Part shown: piece by piece, positions 16,864-26,775 of the stretch
How positions within the stretch are numbered: the first letter of the stretch is position 1
Layout: every line of letters starts with the position of its first letter
Translations under genes and position numbers: made by a program
Assembly: GCA_944341315.1 (NCBI GenBank)
Contig: CALVLW010000056.1
Coordinates: forward strand, 1 to 60,991
Length of the DNA stretch: 60,991 bases
Reading direction: 5' to 3'
Source of the DNA: an uncultured Clostridia bacterium
GTDB lineage: Bacteria > Bacillota > Clostridia > Christensenellales > Borkfalkiaceae
The notes under the pieces: generated by a model
Databases searched by the model: none
The model's input: only the letters and a program-made list of their open reading frames with translations
What the model was told of the DNA's origin: nothing

Positions 16864-17003
16864 GCCCGCGCGCCATATTTTACGCAGGCAAAATAAGGCA
16901 GCGCCGCAATTTTTTATTATGCGTGCGCGCGGCGCCGTTTTTGCTTGCTTTTTGACGCGAAAAGCCGTAAAATTGTAGCGTACAACTTTTCGAGAGGTAA
17001 TAT

Positions 17004-18335
17004 ATGGAATATACGACAGGCGCGCTCTGCGACGGCACCACCCCATATCGGGAATTCGGACAAAACGAGGGCAAAGTGGTTTCCGTTAAGGGCGTGATAC
17101 ACAACATAAGGGACATGAGCGATTTCGCCTTTATAATACTGCGCACGGCGCGCGAAACGATACAGTGCGTGTATTCGCCCGAGTTTTCCTGCTACCGCAT
17201 GGCGGAAAACGTTGTCGAACAGGCCTCCGCAAAGGTGACCGGCAAAGTGGTGAAGAGCGAAACGCGCGACGGCAGCGAGCGGTTCGAACTGCAGATACAC
17301 GATATAGAGATACTCTCCGTGCCCGCGGCGATACCGCCCGTGGTCATCTCCAAAAAGAAGGTGAACTGCGACCTTAACACCGACCTGGACTTCCGCCCCG
17401 TTACGCTGCGCAACCCTTCGGAACGCGCGGTGTTCAAATTGCAGGAGGGCATCCAGCGCGGATTCCGCGAGTATCTTTCCAAGAACGGATTCACCGAGAT
17501 ACACACGCCCAAAATAAACTTTGCGGGCGCGGAGGGCGGAACCAACGTGTTCAAGCTGGATTACTTCGGCAAAACGGTGTTCCTTGCGCAGAGCCCTCAG
17601 CTTTACAAACAGGCGCTCGTGCCCGTTTACGAAAGGGTGTTTGAGATAGGCCCCGTGTTCCGCGCCGAACACCACGACACGAACAGGCACCTGAACGAAT
17701 ACATCTCCATGGACTTCGAGATGGGCTTTATAGACAGCTTTACCGACATAATGGAGATGGAAACGGGCGTGCTGAAATACATAATGGAGCTGCTTAAAAC
17801 GGAGTACGCGCCCGAAGTCGGACTGCTTAAAGCGGAGATACCCGAAATAGACAAGATACCCTGCATACGCTTTAAGGACGCCAAGGAAATGTGCGTGAAA
17901 AAGCTTAAGCACATAACCGACATGAAGGACTTCGAGCCCGAAGAGGAGGCCTTCCTCGGCAAATGGGCAAAACAGCAGTACGGCAGCGACTTTTTGTTCG
18001 TTACGCACTACCTTTCGAAAAAGCGCCCCTTTTACACAATGGACGATCCCGAAGATCCCGAAGTCACCCTTTCGTTCGACCTGCTGTTCCGCGGCATAGA
18101 GATAACGAGCGGCGGACAGAGGATACACGATTACGGCATGCAGGTGGAAAAGATGAGGCGGCTCGGGATGGATCCCGACGAATTCGGCACCTACCTTATG
18201 CTGCACAAATACGGCGCGCCCCCTCACGGCGGGCTCGGCCTCGGGCTCGAGAGGCTTACGATGCACCTTCTGAACTTCAAGAACGTGCGCTACGCGGCAA
18301 TGTTCCCCCGCGACATAAACCGCGTCACGCCGTAA
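17004..18335 (+). CDS. aspS: Aspartate--tRNA ligase, archaeal/eukaryal-type (short, ~440 aa)
   Basis: N-terminal OB fold. Class II motifs are FRAE..DTNRHLNEYISMDFEM and GGLGLGLERLTM, with C-terminal FPRD.NR..P. It lacks the bacterial GAD insertion. Confidence 0.85.
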   Translation: MEYTTGALCDGTTPYREFGQNEGKVVSVKGVIHNIRDMSDFAFIILRTARETIQCVYSPEFSCYRMAENVVEQASAKVTGKVVKSETRDGSERFELQIHDIEILSVPAAIPPVVISKKKVNCDLNTDLDFRPVTLRNPSERAVFKLQEGIQRGFREYLSKNGFTEIHTPKINFAGAEGGTNVFKLDYFGKTVFLAQSPQLYKQALVPVYERVFEIGPVFRAEHHDTNRHLNEYISMDFEMGFIDSFTDIMEMETGVLKYIMELLKTEYAPEVGLLKAEIPEIDKIPCIRFKDAKEMCVKKLKHITDMKDFEPEEEAFLGKWAKQQYGSDFLFVTHYLSKKRPFYTMDDPEDPEVTLSFDLLFRGIEITSGGQRIHDYGMQVEKMRRLGMDPDEFGTYLMLHKYGAPPHGGLGLGLERLTMHLLNFKNVRYAAMFPRDINRVTP

Positions 18336-18354
18336 ACCTTATAAAACGCAAAAC

Positions 18355-18382
18355 GCCCGCCCCGCATTTTTGCGGGGCGGGC
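18355..18382. terminator. Bidirectional intrinsic terminator between convergent genes
   Basis: GCCCGCCCCGCA-TTTT-TGCGGGGCGGGC. Confidence 0.8.
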
Positions 18383-18387
18383 TTGCT

Positions 18388-19017
18388 TTACCTTATGAAA
18401 TTGGTCTTTTCCTTGGGGATGATCTCCGGCTTTTCCAAAGAGCCGCCCTTTGCCGAGGCAAGCAGCTTAAGCAGCCACGCCATATTGCAGCCGAGCGCGC
18501 GCATGACGGACACGCCCTCCTTATCCTGCAACACCTCCTCCGCCGTGTTGCCGTGCACCATGTTCCAATAGGTCGAGGGCACCGCAAGCATATTGTTTAT
18601 GCCTATGTATTTGTTGAGCACGTCGTAAGAAGCGGTCGTCCCGGCACGGCGGGCGGATACCACGCACGCCGCAGGCTTGAACCAAAACGCCCTGCCCGCC
18701 GAATAGAATATCCTGTCGAGCGCGGCGACCGTGGCGCCGTTGGGCGAGGCGTAATGCACGGGCGCGCCGAACACGTAGCCGTCTGCCGTTTTGAGTTTTT
18801 CGGCTATATCGGCAACGCCGTCGTCGCCGAACACGCACCTGTCTTTGCCCGACCTGCGGCAGCCGCCGCAGCCTATGCAGCCGCGCACGGGGCCGTTGCC
18901 CAGCCACAAAATCTCGCTCTCCACGCCGCGGGCTTTGAGTTCTTCCGCCACGATGCCGAGCGCGGCGTTCACGCAGCCATGTTCGTTCGGGCTGCCGTTG
19001 AGCATCATTACCTTCAT
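18388..19017 (-). CDS. Iron-sulfur flavoprotein / NADPH-dependent FMN reductase family protein
   Basis: Flavodoxin-like fold start MKVMMLNGSPN and a compact Cys cluster CIGCGGCRRSGKDRC (CX2CX2CX7C), as in Isf-type proteins. Confidence 0.75.
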   Translation of the reverse strand: MKVMMLNGSPNEHGCVNAALGIVAEELKARGVESEILWLGNGPVRGCIGCGGCRRSGKDRCVFGDDGVADIAEKLKTADGYVFGAPVHYASPNGATVAALDRIFYSAGRAFWFKPAACVVSARRAGTTASYDVLNKYIGINNMLAVPSTYWNMVHGNTAEEVLQDKEGVSVMRALGCNMAWLLKLLASAKGGSLEKPEIIPKEKTNFIR

Positions 19018-19165
19018 ATAAGTCTCCTTTCGCGCAGGGCAAAAGCCCCGGACGCAAGAAAAACGGAGGGTGCAACGCTAACCGCCCGCAGATCCTCCGT
19101 TCCCTCTTTGTTATCAGATTGCAGCTTTTCCGCCGCGATGAAATAACAGTGTCACCCGTTAGGGT
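19018..19165 (-). promoter_or_regulatory. 5' leader with terminator hairpin (candidate riboswitch or attenuator) upstream of the flavoprotein gene
   Basis: The leader is ~145 nt. Terminator GAACGGAGG...CCUCCGUUU (19063-19100) is followed by a U run. Upstream GGGUG can pair with CACCC, which overlaps the terminator 3' arm. Nested stems are UGUUAU/AUAACA and GCGGC-GGAAAA-GCUGC. The class is unknown. Confidence 0.45.
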
Positions 19166-19171
19166 TCTTTA

Positions 19172-19200
19172 ATAATATCACACGCGGTACGATTTGTCAA
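19172..19200 (-). promoter_or_regulatory. Sigma-A type promoter
   Basis: TTGACA (19200-19195), a 17-nt spacer, then TGaTATTAT (19177-19172). Confidence 0.7.
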
Positions 19201-19255
19201 GCATTTTTATAAAATTTGTGTATAGTGTACAAAAAATGTAAGTTTTTGGCAGTAC

Positions 19256-19960
19256 TTACTTCTTATAAAGGAAGCGGTGACAGTTTTCGCACTCCACCAC
19301 GCCTTCCCTTGCAAGCTTTTCCTTGCCGGCAAGAGAGAGCTCCATTCCGCACTTGGCGCAGCGTTCGCCGTTGATGTTGCAGATTATGGGAAAGATGCGC
19401 TCGGAACGCTTTGTCTGATATTTGGCGAGCAGTTCGGCGGGGATATCTTTTGCAAGCTTTTTAAGCTCCTCCTCTATCACCGCCATCTCCTTCTTTTTGC
19501 CGTCGCGGTAGGCAACGTAAACGTCGTGGCTTTCCTTATACTGTTTCTGCACGGAGATGACCTTTTTCTTGAAAGATCTGTACTCCTCGTCCACCGCCTT
19601 TACCGCCGCGTTGAGCGAAGCTATTTCGCCCTTTAACGCCTTAATTTTTTCCTGCAGGGCGAGCGCGGACTTTTTGTAGAACGAAACTTCGGCGCCCTCG
19701 TTGCTGACCATCTCGTCGAGCGAATCGAAGTCTTTTAGCGCCTCCGCAAGCTCGTCGTATTTTTGCGAAAGGCGGGCGGCGGTGCGCTCCGCCTCGGCGG
19801 CGCGGGCGTCGAGCTGATCGAGCTTTTCGGGCGCCTTTGCCATGAAGTTTTTGGACTGCACGTAATTCTTGCGCTCTTCGGAGGCGGCAGCCTCCTGCTC
19901 TATCTTTATCAGTTTTTCGTCTTCCTGCTGATATCTGAGCAGCTTTTCTATGTTGGACAT
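19256..19960 (-). CDS. Coiled-coil protein with a C-terminal C4 zinc ribbon (COG1579/DUF164-like)
   Basis: Long heptad-rich N-terminal part. The C-terminus CAKCGMEL...CENCHRFLY is a zinc ribbon. It sits in the conserved position downstream of nif3. Confidence 0.75.
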   Translation of the reverse strand: MSNIEKLLRYQQEDEKLIKIEQEAAASEERKNYVQSKNFMAKAPEKLDQLDARAAEAERTAARLSQKYDELAEALKDFDSLDEMVSNEGAEVSFYKKSALALQEKIKALKGEIASLNAAVKAVDEEYRSFKKKVISVQKQYKESHDVYVAYRDGKKKEMAVIEEELKKLAKDIPAELLAKYQTKRSERIFPIICNINGERCAKCGMELSLAGKEKLAREGVVECENCHRFLYKK

Positions 19961-19995
19961 GATATTCTCCTTTTGCTTTTTTTAAGGCGCCCCTT

Positions 19996-20787
19996 TCAGA
20001 GCAGCGCGTCCTCGCGATGGAGCACGCAGGGAAAGGGATATACCCCTTTCAATTCGGCATATATGCGGCTGAATCCGTAAAATTCAGAGGCATAGTGCGT
20101 CATTTCGACAACGTTCAGGCCGGCGTTTGCGAGCGCGGCGATATGGTGGTGTTTTATGTCCGCGGAAACGAACGTGTCCGCCCCGTGGGAAACGGCAAAC
20201 GCGACGCTGTCGTCGTAGCAGCCGGCGCCGCAGAACGAAGCCACCTTTTTAGTTACGCCGGAGCCGTAAAAACGGCAGCGGCCGGTGGAAAACTCTTTGC
20301 TTACCGCTTTGCAGAACCGTTCGAACGGCTGCTCCTCGACGCGGAACAGCCTGCCGTAGCCCCCGCCCGAAAGGACGTTCATCACCTCTTCTTCGCGCTC
20401 GCCGCCCAGTCCGCGCATGAGCCATGCGTCTATCCCGCGGGGCGCGGCGTCGAAATTGAGGTGCATCGATATCACCGAAATGCCGTGCGCTATGCAGTAA
20501 GCCAGCGCCGACGTGGGCGATTGGGGCAGCGCGCTTATCTGCTTTACGCCCGCGAATATGGCAGGATGATGGGTGACGATCAGGTTGCAGCCCTCCTCTT
20601 TTGCCCTGCGCGCGGCGGACGGAGTTAGGTCGAGCGCGAACAGCGCGCCCGTTATCTGCGCGGGCGCGGCGAAGATCGCCCCGCTGTTGTCGTAAGCGCC
20701 GTATTTTTTGCAGAACTCCTCGCTGAGCGAAAGCGGCGCCACCGTGATTTCGGCTGCGGCGAGGGCTTCAGTTATATTCATCCGCAA
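19996..20787 (-). CDS. Nif3-like dinuclear metal centre protein (GTP cyclohydrolase 1 type 2 family)
   Basis: NLIVTHHPAIF and VISMHLNFD motifs, with the conserved sigA-trmK-nif3 gene order. Confidence 0.85.
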   Translation of the reverse strand: MRMNITEALAAAEITVAPLSLSEEFCKKYGAYDNSGAIFAAPAQITGALFALDLTPSAARRAKEEGCNLIVTHHPAIFAGVKQISALPQSPTSALAYCIAHGISVISMHLNFDAAPRGIDAWLMRGLGGEREEEVMNVLSGGGYGRLFRVEEQPFERFCKAVSKEFSTGRCRFYGSGVTKKVASFCGAGCYDDSVAFAVSHGADTFVSADIKHHHIAALANAGLNVVEMTHYASEFYGFSRIYAELKGVYPFPCVLHREDALL

Positions 20788-21430
20788 GCACCCCCTTTAT
20801 GTCTTTTATCCTTTCCTCCACGCCGCCGAGCGAGGTCGCCGAGAGGCCGTTGTTTTTGTAACTTTCGAGCTTTTCAAGCTCGTATTCGAGCAGGTTTTTA
20901 AGCTCCGGCGTGCCGAGGCTGTGCCTGCCCCACGCAAGCTGCGCCGGAGAATACGGCGCGCCGCCTCCCCGGCGGGTGCCCTTTATCACGAAGTAATATT
21001 TGACCGTGCCGCCGCGCGTTTCGGTGAACAGGCCGTCGTATTCGAGCCGGCAGCCGTTATCCAGCAGAAAGGCGCGCAGCGCGGGCGCGTTTTTCATGGG
21101 CTGAAACACGAACGACTGCGGGATATAAGCCGACGAAAGTATGCGTATTATCTCTTCGCCGCCCATGCCCGCTATAAGCGTGAGCCCGTCCCGCGGCACC
21201 TTTTCCAGCCCGTCGCAGCACACCGCGGTGCAAACGCCGCTATTTACGTAAGCGCCGAGCAGCCGCTGCGCCTTTGAAAGGCTTTGCGGGCTCACGTCGG
21301 CGATGACCGCGTGCCGGCACAGCCCGTTTTCAAGCATATACTGCGTGCAGTAGCCGTGGTCGCAGCCCACGTCGATAAAGGCGTCGCACTCGTCCAGAAA
21401 GGCGCACAGCTTTTTCAGCCTTTCGGTCAT
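20768..21430 (-). CDS. trmK: tRNA (adenine22-N1)-methyltransferase
   Basis: IDVGCDHGY, IADV and IAGMGGEEI motifs. Immediately downstream of sigA. Confidence 0.85.
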   Translation of the reverse strand: MTERLKKLCAFLDECDAFIDVGCDHGYCTQYMLENGLCRHAVIADVSPQSLSKAQRLLGAYVNSGVCTAVCCDGLEKVPRDGLTLIAGMGGEEIIRILSSAYIPQSFVFQPMKNAPALRAFLLDNGCRLEYDGLFTETRGGTVKYYFVIKGTRRGGGAPYSPAQLAWGRHSLGTPELKNLLEYELEKLESYKNNGLSATSLGGVEERIKDIKGVLADEYN

Positions 21431-21431
21431 G

Positions 21432-22490
21432 TCAGGTATCCAGGAAATCTTTCAGATGCTTGGAGCGCGAGGGGTGGCGCAGTTTTCTTAACGCCTTTGC
21501 CTCTATCTGGCGGATGCGCTCCCTGGTAACGTTGAATTCCTTGCCCACCTCTTCCAGCGTGCGGGGACGGCCGTCGTCTACGCCGTAGCGCAGGCGGAGC
21601 ACCTTTTCCTCGCGCGGGGTGAGGCTGTTGAGCACGGTGAGCAGCGTTTCTTTGAGCATCGTGGTGGATACGCTGTCCGAAGGTGTGGTGGTCGTTTCGT
21701 CCTCGATAAAGTCGCCGAGATGCGAATCTTCCTCCTCGCCTATGGGCGTTTCCAGCGATACGGGATCCTGCGCTATCTTCTGGATCTCGCGCACGCGCTC
21801 TTCCGAGATGCCCATCTCCTTGGCGATCTCCGAAGGGGTGGGCTCGCGTCCGAAGCGCTGCGTGAGCAGGCGGGACACGCGCGTGAGCTTGTTTATCGTT
21901 TCCACCATGTGCACGGGGATGCGTATGGTGCGGGCCTGGTCGGCTATGGCGCGGGTTATCGCCTGCCTTATCCACCACGTTGCGTACGTGGAGAACTTGA
22001 AGCCCTTCTGATAGTCGAATTTTTCCACCGCCTTCATAAGGCCGAGGTTGCCCTCCTGGATGAGGTCGAGGAAGAGCATGCCGCGCCCGACGTAGCGCTT
22101 TGCTATGGAAACGACGAGCCTTAAATTGGCCTCCGAAAGCTTCTTTTTTGCCTCTTCGTCGCCCTCCTGCATCTTGCGGGCAAGCTCTATTTCGTCGTCC
22201 GCGGATAAAAGCGGCACGCGGCCGATGTCTTTGAGGTACATCTTTACCGGATCGTCGAGCCCGATATCGGAGAGCGCCTGCTCGTAAAGTTCCCTGTCGC
22301 GCTCGGCCTCGTCGATTATCTGTATGCCCGCGTCCGCCACCGACTTATACACGAAGTCCATCTGGTTGGGAGTGGTGTCGTATTTTTCCATTATGTCGCA
22401 AAGGTTGTTGGTGGTTATCGAACCCTTGGCACCGAAATCGTCGATGATTTTTTTTAAAATTTCGTTAAGTTTCTGATCGGATAAGCTCAT
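21432..22490 (-). CDS. sigA: Primary RNA polymerase sigma factor
   Basis: Regions 1.2 to 4.2 are all recognisable: [41 protein letters not shown], and [30 protein letters not shown]. Confidence 0.95.
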   Translation of the reverse strand: MSLSDQKLNEILKKIIDDFGAKGSITTNNLCDIMEKYDTTPNQMDFVYKSVADAGIQIIDEAERDRELYEQALSDIGLDDPVKMYLKDIGRVPLLSADDEIELARKMQEGDEEAKKKLSEANLRLVVSIAKRYVGRGMLFLDLIQEGNLGLMKAVEKFDYQKGFKFSTYATWWIRQAITRAIADQARTIRIPVHMVETINKLTRVSRLLTQRFGREPTPSEIAKEMGISEERVREIQKIAQDPVSLETPIGEEEDSHLGDFIEDETTTTPSDSVSTTMLKETLLTVLNSLTPREEKVLRLRYGVDDGRPRTLEEVGKEFNVTRERIRQIEAKALRKLRHPSRSKHLKDFLDT

Positions 22491-24283
22491 CGTATATCTC
22501 CGCTTTTTAATTTTTCCTTTTGTTTTATAAGCTGCTGCAACAGCGCCGCCGCCTGCCTTTTGCCTTCGGCGTCGTCCGTGGACGCGTACTGCTTTTTGAC
22601 CTCTTCGATGGCCTGCGCGATGTTTTCCGCCTTAAGCCTGCGCAAACAGTCGTAAAAATATTTGCGCGCGACCTCGCTTTCGAGGTTTTCTCCGTCGTTG
22701 AGGTCGAGCACGCGGCACAATTCTTCGTATTCGGGCGTTCCCTCGTCGAAAAAGTCGAATATCTCGCTTAAAGTCACCTTTTCGCCGAGCAGCGCCTTGC
22801 TTTTTACGTAGCCCGCGATAAGCGAATGCACGTCGTTTGCGAACGGCACGCCGTCTATGTCTTCCTCGCCCGCGTAGCGCGCGCCGAAAAGATACGCCGC
22901 CGCAACGAAGCGCGAAGCCTTTATGGTCGCCCCTGCCGTGTCGGCGGGTTTGGGGGGAGGTTCGCTCTCCCTTTCCGCGGGCGCGGCGGGCAGCCGGTTA
23001 AGATCGCGGCTGAGCGCCTCGAAGCTTATGCCCGTTTCGTCGCGCAGGTCCTTTAACATCATCTCCCTTTCGGCGGCGGTCTCCGCCGTGCGCACGACTT
23101 TGAGCGCCTCGCCGACGTATCGGAGTTTTTCTTCCGGTTTGGAAAGGTCGTGCGCCCTGCGCGAAACTTCCAGCTTGTAATCGATGAGCGGCATAGCCGC
23201 GTCGAGACAGGCACGGTAAGCCTCCGTGCCGCGCTGTTTTATCACCTCGTCGGGATCGAGCCCGTCCGGCAGCGGCACGACCTTTACGTCTATGCCCTCG
23301 CCCTTTAAGATCTCCAGCCCGCGCATGTTTGCCTTTTGCCCGGCGCCGTCGCCGTCGTAACTTATCAGCACGGTGGTGCAGTAGCGCTTTATCATGCGCG
23401 CCTGCTCCTGCGTGAGCGAAGTGCCCATGCTTGCCACGACGTTGCGGAACCCCGCCTGATAAAGGGAGAGCGCGTCCATATAGCCCTCTACCATTATCAC
23501 GTCTTTAAGCCCGCCCGCTCGGCGCAGCTTTTTAAGTTTGTTTATGTTGTAGAGCGTTCTGCTCTTGTTGAATATCAGCGTTTCCTTGGTGTTTTTATAT
23601 TTTGCGAAGTCGGTGGGCCTTATCGACCTGCCGCCGAAGGCGATCACCTCGTCGAAGGCGTTGATTATCGGGAATACGAGCCTGCCGCTCTGCGAATCGG
23701 AGAGCTTGCCCTCCACCTCGTTGACGGCGCCGCTGTCCACGATGTCCTGCCGGGAATAGCCCTTTGCAAGCAAAAACTTTGGAAGGTCGTAAGAATTGAG
23801 GCTGGCGCCCAGCCCGAACGAGCGCACTATGTTTGCCGGTATGCCGCGCTTTAAGATATATTCTATGTGCGCGTCCGCCTTGCCCGAATTGAGGTTGTCG
23901 AGATAAAAGTGCGCGCTGTCGTTCATTATTTTGAGCAGCGTGTCGCGCTTGCGCTTCAATTCCGCCGCACGCTCGCCGTCCGCGCCGTTCTGCTGCGGCA
24001 GAGGGACGTTGGCGCGCTCGGCAAGTATCTTTACGGCGTCGCCGAAGTCCACGTTTTCCATCTCCTTTACCAGCGAGATGACGTTGCCCGAGGCGCCGCA
24101 GCCGAAGCAGTGGTAAAACTGTCTGTTTTCGTCCACGTGGAAAGACGCCGTCTTTTCGTGATGGAACGGGCAGCACGCCCAATAGGTGCCGCCCTTTTTT
24201 TCCAGATGCATATAAGACGAGGCGACTTCCACGATATTAAGTTTTTCGGTCAGCAGCCGCAGAAAATCCCTGTCGTATATCAC
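22487..24283 (-). CDS. dnaG: DNA primase
   Basis: Zinc finger [13 protein letters not shown]....YHCFGCG, TOPRIM motifs EGYMD and DGDGAG. There is a 4-nt overlap with sigA. Confidence 0.95.
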   Translation of the reverse strand: MIYDRDFLRLLTEKLNIVEVASSYMHLEKKGGTYWACCPFHHEKTASFHVDENRQFYHCFGCGASGNVISLVKEMENVDFGDAVKILAERANVPLPQQNGADGERAAELKRKRDTLLKIMNDSAHFYLDNLNSGKADAHIEYILKRGIPANIVRSFGLGASLNSYDLPKFLLAKGYSRQDIVDSGAVNEVEGKLSDSQSGRLVFPIINAFDEVIAFGGRSIRPTDFAKYKNTKETLIFNKSRTLYNINKLKKLRRAGGLKDVIMVEGYMDALSLYQAGFRNVVASMGTSLTQEQARMIKRYCTTVLISYDGDGAGQKANMRGLEILKGEGIDVKVVPLPDGLDPDEVIKQRGTEAYRACLDAAMPLIDYKLEVSRRAHDLSKPEEKLRYVGEALKVVRTAETAAEREMMLKDLRDETGISFEALSRDLNRLPAAPAERESEPPPKPADTAGATIKASRFVAAAYLFGARYAGEEDIDGVPFANDVHSLIAGYVKSKALLGEKVTLSEIFDFFDEGTPEYEELCRVLDLNDGENLESEVARKYFYDCLRRLKAENIAQAIEEVKKQYASTDDAEGKRQAAALLQQLIKQKEKLKSGDIR

Positions 24284-24310
24284 CGTGCATCACCTCTGCC
24301 CGCGCGGGCT

Positions 24311-25342
24311 TTAATTGTTTTCGTCGCCGAACGTCCAGCCGCGCGGCACGCATATGCGGTTGAACGTATAAACGGCGTACCTGTCGGTCATGGACGAGAT
24401 GTAATCGCAGACCACCTGCTCCTTGGGAAAGCGCCCGAGCAGCTTTACGAACGTTTCGGGCAGCTTGTGCGCGTTCTTTATGAAGTACTCGTACATATAA
24501 GAGAGCATGCGCGCCGCCTTTTCCTCTTCTCCGCGCGCGGACTCGGTGAAATAAACCCTTTCGAACATGAACGAACGCAGCGCCTCGCTTGCCTGCTCCA
24601 CCTCCGCGCCGAGCCTTACTTCCGGCTTGCCGTAACTTTCGGTAAACACCGAACTTATGGCGGTGTTTATCCTCTCTTTGGAGCTTGTCCCCAGCACGGC
24701 GGTTATGTCCGCGGGCACGTCGGAAGGTTTCAGCACGCCCGCGCGCACGGCGTCGTCGAGGTCGTGGTTTATGTAAGCTATCCTGTCGGCAACGGAGACG
24801 CACATCCCCTCCGGCGTGGCGGGCGCGCCGCTCTTTTTGTGGTTGAGTATGCCGTCGCGCACCTCGAAAGTGAGGTTGAGCCCCGCGCCGTCCTTTTCGA
24901 GCACGTCCACGACGCGCACGGACTGCTCGTTGTGGCGGAAACCGCCGGGGGCGAGGCTGTTGAGTATCCTTTCGCCGCTGTGCCCGAACGGAGTGTGCCC
25001 GAGGTCGTGCCCGAGCGCGATCGCCTCCGCAAGGTCTTCGTTCAGGGCGAGGGCGCGCGCCATGCTGCGCGCTATCTGCGCGACGTCCAGAGTGTGGGTG
25101 AGGCGGGTTATGTAGTGGTCGCCTTCCGGCGAAAAGAACACCTGCGTTTTGTTTTTGAGCCGTCTGAACGCCTTGCAGTAAATTATCCTGTCGCGGTCGC
25201 GCTGGAAATCGGTGCGCATGGCGCAGGGCTTTTCCTCGCGCAGGCGCCCCCTGCTTGCGTCCGAATATGTGGCGTAGGGCGAAAAGTAAGCCCTCTCTAT
25301 GGCGAAAGTACGCTCTTTTAATACAGGCATTTTTTCTTTCAT
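24311..25342 (-). CDS. dgt: dGTP triphosphohydrolase-like HD-domain protein
   Basis: FQRDRDRIIY, RLTHTLDVAQI and GHDLGHTPFGHSGE. The start could also be the Met at 25330. Confidence 0.88.
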   Translation of the reverse strand: MKEKMPVLKERTFAIERAYFSPYATYSDASRGRLREEKPCAMRTDFQRDRDRIIYCKAFRRLKNKTQVFFSPEGDHYITRLTHTLDVAQIARSMARALALNEDLAEAIALGHDLGHTPFGHSGERILNSLAPGGFRHNEQSVRVVDVLEKDGAGLNLTFEVRDGILNHKKSGAPATPEGMCVSVADRIAYINHDLDDAVRAGVLKPSDVPADITAVLGTSSKERINTAISSVFTESYGKPEVRLGAEVEQASEALRSFMFERVYFTESARGEEEKAARMLSYMYEYFIKNAHKLPETFVKLLGRFPKEQVVCDYISSMTDRYAVYTFNRICVPRGWTFGDENN

Positions 25343-25466
25343 ACCGATATATACGAAAAAATAATGCGATTTCCTTTATTTTTTGAAAATTTTTTTATAT
25401 TAAACGAAACTGCGCGCCGCGCGGCTTTCTGCCTCGCGGCGCGCAAAATTTTGCGACGCCCGAATA

Positions 25467-26192
25467 TTACTTTGCAAATCCGCCGCCCACGGACAGCGTT
25501 TCGCCCGTCACGTAGCCGTTTTCCGCCAGAAACAGGCACGCCTTTGCAACGTCTTCGCCGCTGCCGAGGCGGCCGAGCGGTATCTGCTCGGTGAGGTCTT
25601 CGAGCTCTTCCGAGCTGAGGTGCGCGTTCATCTGCGTGTCTATCACCCCCGGCGAAACGCAGTTCACCCTTACGCCGGAGGGCGCGAGCTCTTTGGAGAG
25701 CGCCTTGGTAAAGCCGATGAGCGCGGCCTTGGACGCGGAATACGCGACCTCGCAGCTGGCGCCGACTTCGCCCCATACGGAAGCAACGTTGATTATGCAG
25801 CCGCCGCCCGCCACTATCATCCTGTCCGCCACGGCGCGGCTGCACAAAAACGCGCCGCGCACGTTTACCGCGAATATCCTGTCCCACTCCGCCGCGGTCG
25901 TGTCCTGAATGACGTTTACGCGCGAGATGCCGGCATTGTTTACGAGCACGTCTATGCGGTCGTAATTGCGGAAAATTTCGGCAAACATATCGTCGATCTG
26001 CGATTCGTCGCCCACGTCCGCGCGCATGAGCACGGGGCAATAGCCGAGCATGTTGAACTCCGCCTGGGTGGCGAGCGCGGCCTCTTCGTCGTTGCCGTAA
26101 TTTATTATGACCTCGTAGCCTTTGCTTAAAAATTCCGCGGCGACGGCTTTGCCTATGCCCTTGGTGCCGCCGGTAACAAGTACAGTTTTCAT
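25467..26192 (-). CDS. SDR-family oxidoreductase (FabG-like)
   Basis: TGGTKGIG cofactor motif, NNAG, and the catalytic Y..SK triad (YSASKAAL). Confidence 0.85.
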   Translation of the reverse strand: MKTVLVTGGTKGIGKAVAAEFLSKGYEVIINYGNDEEAALATQAEFNMLGYCPVLMRADVGDESQIDDMFAEIFRNYDRIDVLVNNAGISRVNVIQDTTAAEWDRIFAVNVRGAFLCSRAVADRMIVAGGGCIINVASVWGEVGASCEVAYSASKAALIGFTKALSKELAPSGVRVNCVSPGVIDTQMNAHLSSEELEDLTEQIPLGRLGSGEDVAKACLFLAENGYVTGETLSVGGGFAK

Positions 26193-26236
26193 TGTTCCAC
26201 CCGAGTAAATTATTGTAACAGACAGGCATATATGCC

Positions 26237-26749
26237 TTAATTACCGTTGTTTTTTATTCCGCACAGTTCAAGTATCCGCACGGCAATATCGCCCGGCGCG
26301 AGCCCGTCGGTATCCACCACGAAGTCCGCGGCGGCCATATACGCCGGAGTGCGCGCCGGCAGAAGTTCGGCTATGCGCTTTTGCACGCCGCCGGAGAGCA
26401 GCGGCCTTTCCGTGTCGCCCTCCAGCCGCGCGGCAAGCGTTTGCAGAGAGGCGCGCAAAAATATTATCCTGCCGTTCTTTTTCAGCTCGGCAACGTTTGC
26501 CGCGTCGAGCACGCAGCCGCCGCCTGTGGCTATCACGATCCCGTCGCGCGCAGCCACCCTGCGCACGGCCTGCCGCTCCAGCGTGCGGAAACGCTCTTCG
26601 CCGTCCCGCGCGAAAATGTCGGCTATCCTGCCGTGCTCTTTTGCCACCTCTTCGTCGGTGTCGGCGCACTCCATTCCCGTAAGTCCGGCAAGCGCCCTTG
26701 CCACGGTCGTCTTGCCGCAGCCCATCATGCCGCAGAGCACCACGTTCAT
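26237..26749 (-). CDS. aroK: Shikimate kinase
   Basis: P-loop GMMGCGKTT, IATGGG, 170 aa. Confidence 0.88.
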   Translation of the reverse strand: MNVVLCGMMGCGKTTVARALAGLTGMECADTDEEVAKEHGRIADIFARDGEERFRTLERQAVRRVAARDGIVIATGGGCVLDAANVAELKKNGRIIFLRASLQTLAARLEGDTERPLLSGGVQKRIAELLPARTPAYMAAADFVVDTDGLAPGDIAVRILELCGIKNNGN

Positions 26750-26775
26750 AAATCACCCCGCATCGCGCAGACCGC

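Noticed and set aside
16895-16945. The GCGCCGC...GCGGCGC hairpin followed by CGTTTTTGC on the plus strand upstream of aspS, as a terminator or attenuator.
   Set aside because: The loop is 21 nt and the stem only 7 bp. No upstream plus-strand gene or promoter is evident, so the support is too weak.
16917-18266. A 449-aa minus-strand ORF. Similar long antisense ORFs occur at 3959-5248, 13966-14940, 23867-25321, 28940-30247, 35958-37367, 39153-40448, 43914-44777, 44886-46394, 52811-53767 and 37959-38864.
   Set aside because: Each lies opposite a gene with unambiguous family motifs (aspS, DAHP synthase, dnaG/dgt, aroC and others). Each translates to Arg/His/Gly/Val-rich sequence with no recognisable domain.
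19018-19165. An FMN riboswitch upstream of the flavoprotein gene.
   Set aside because: The conserved FMN-element strings (GGGUGAAAUUCC, CCGACAGU.AAAGUCUGGAUG) are absent. TPP (CUGAGA) and ZTP (CCGCCUGGGC) signatures are also absent.
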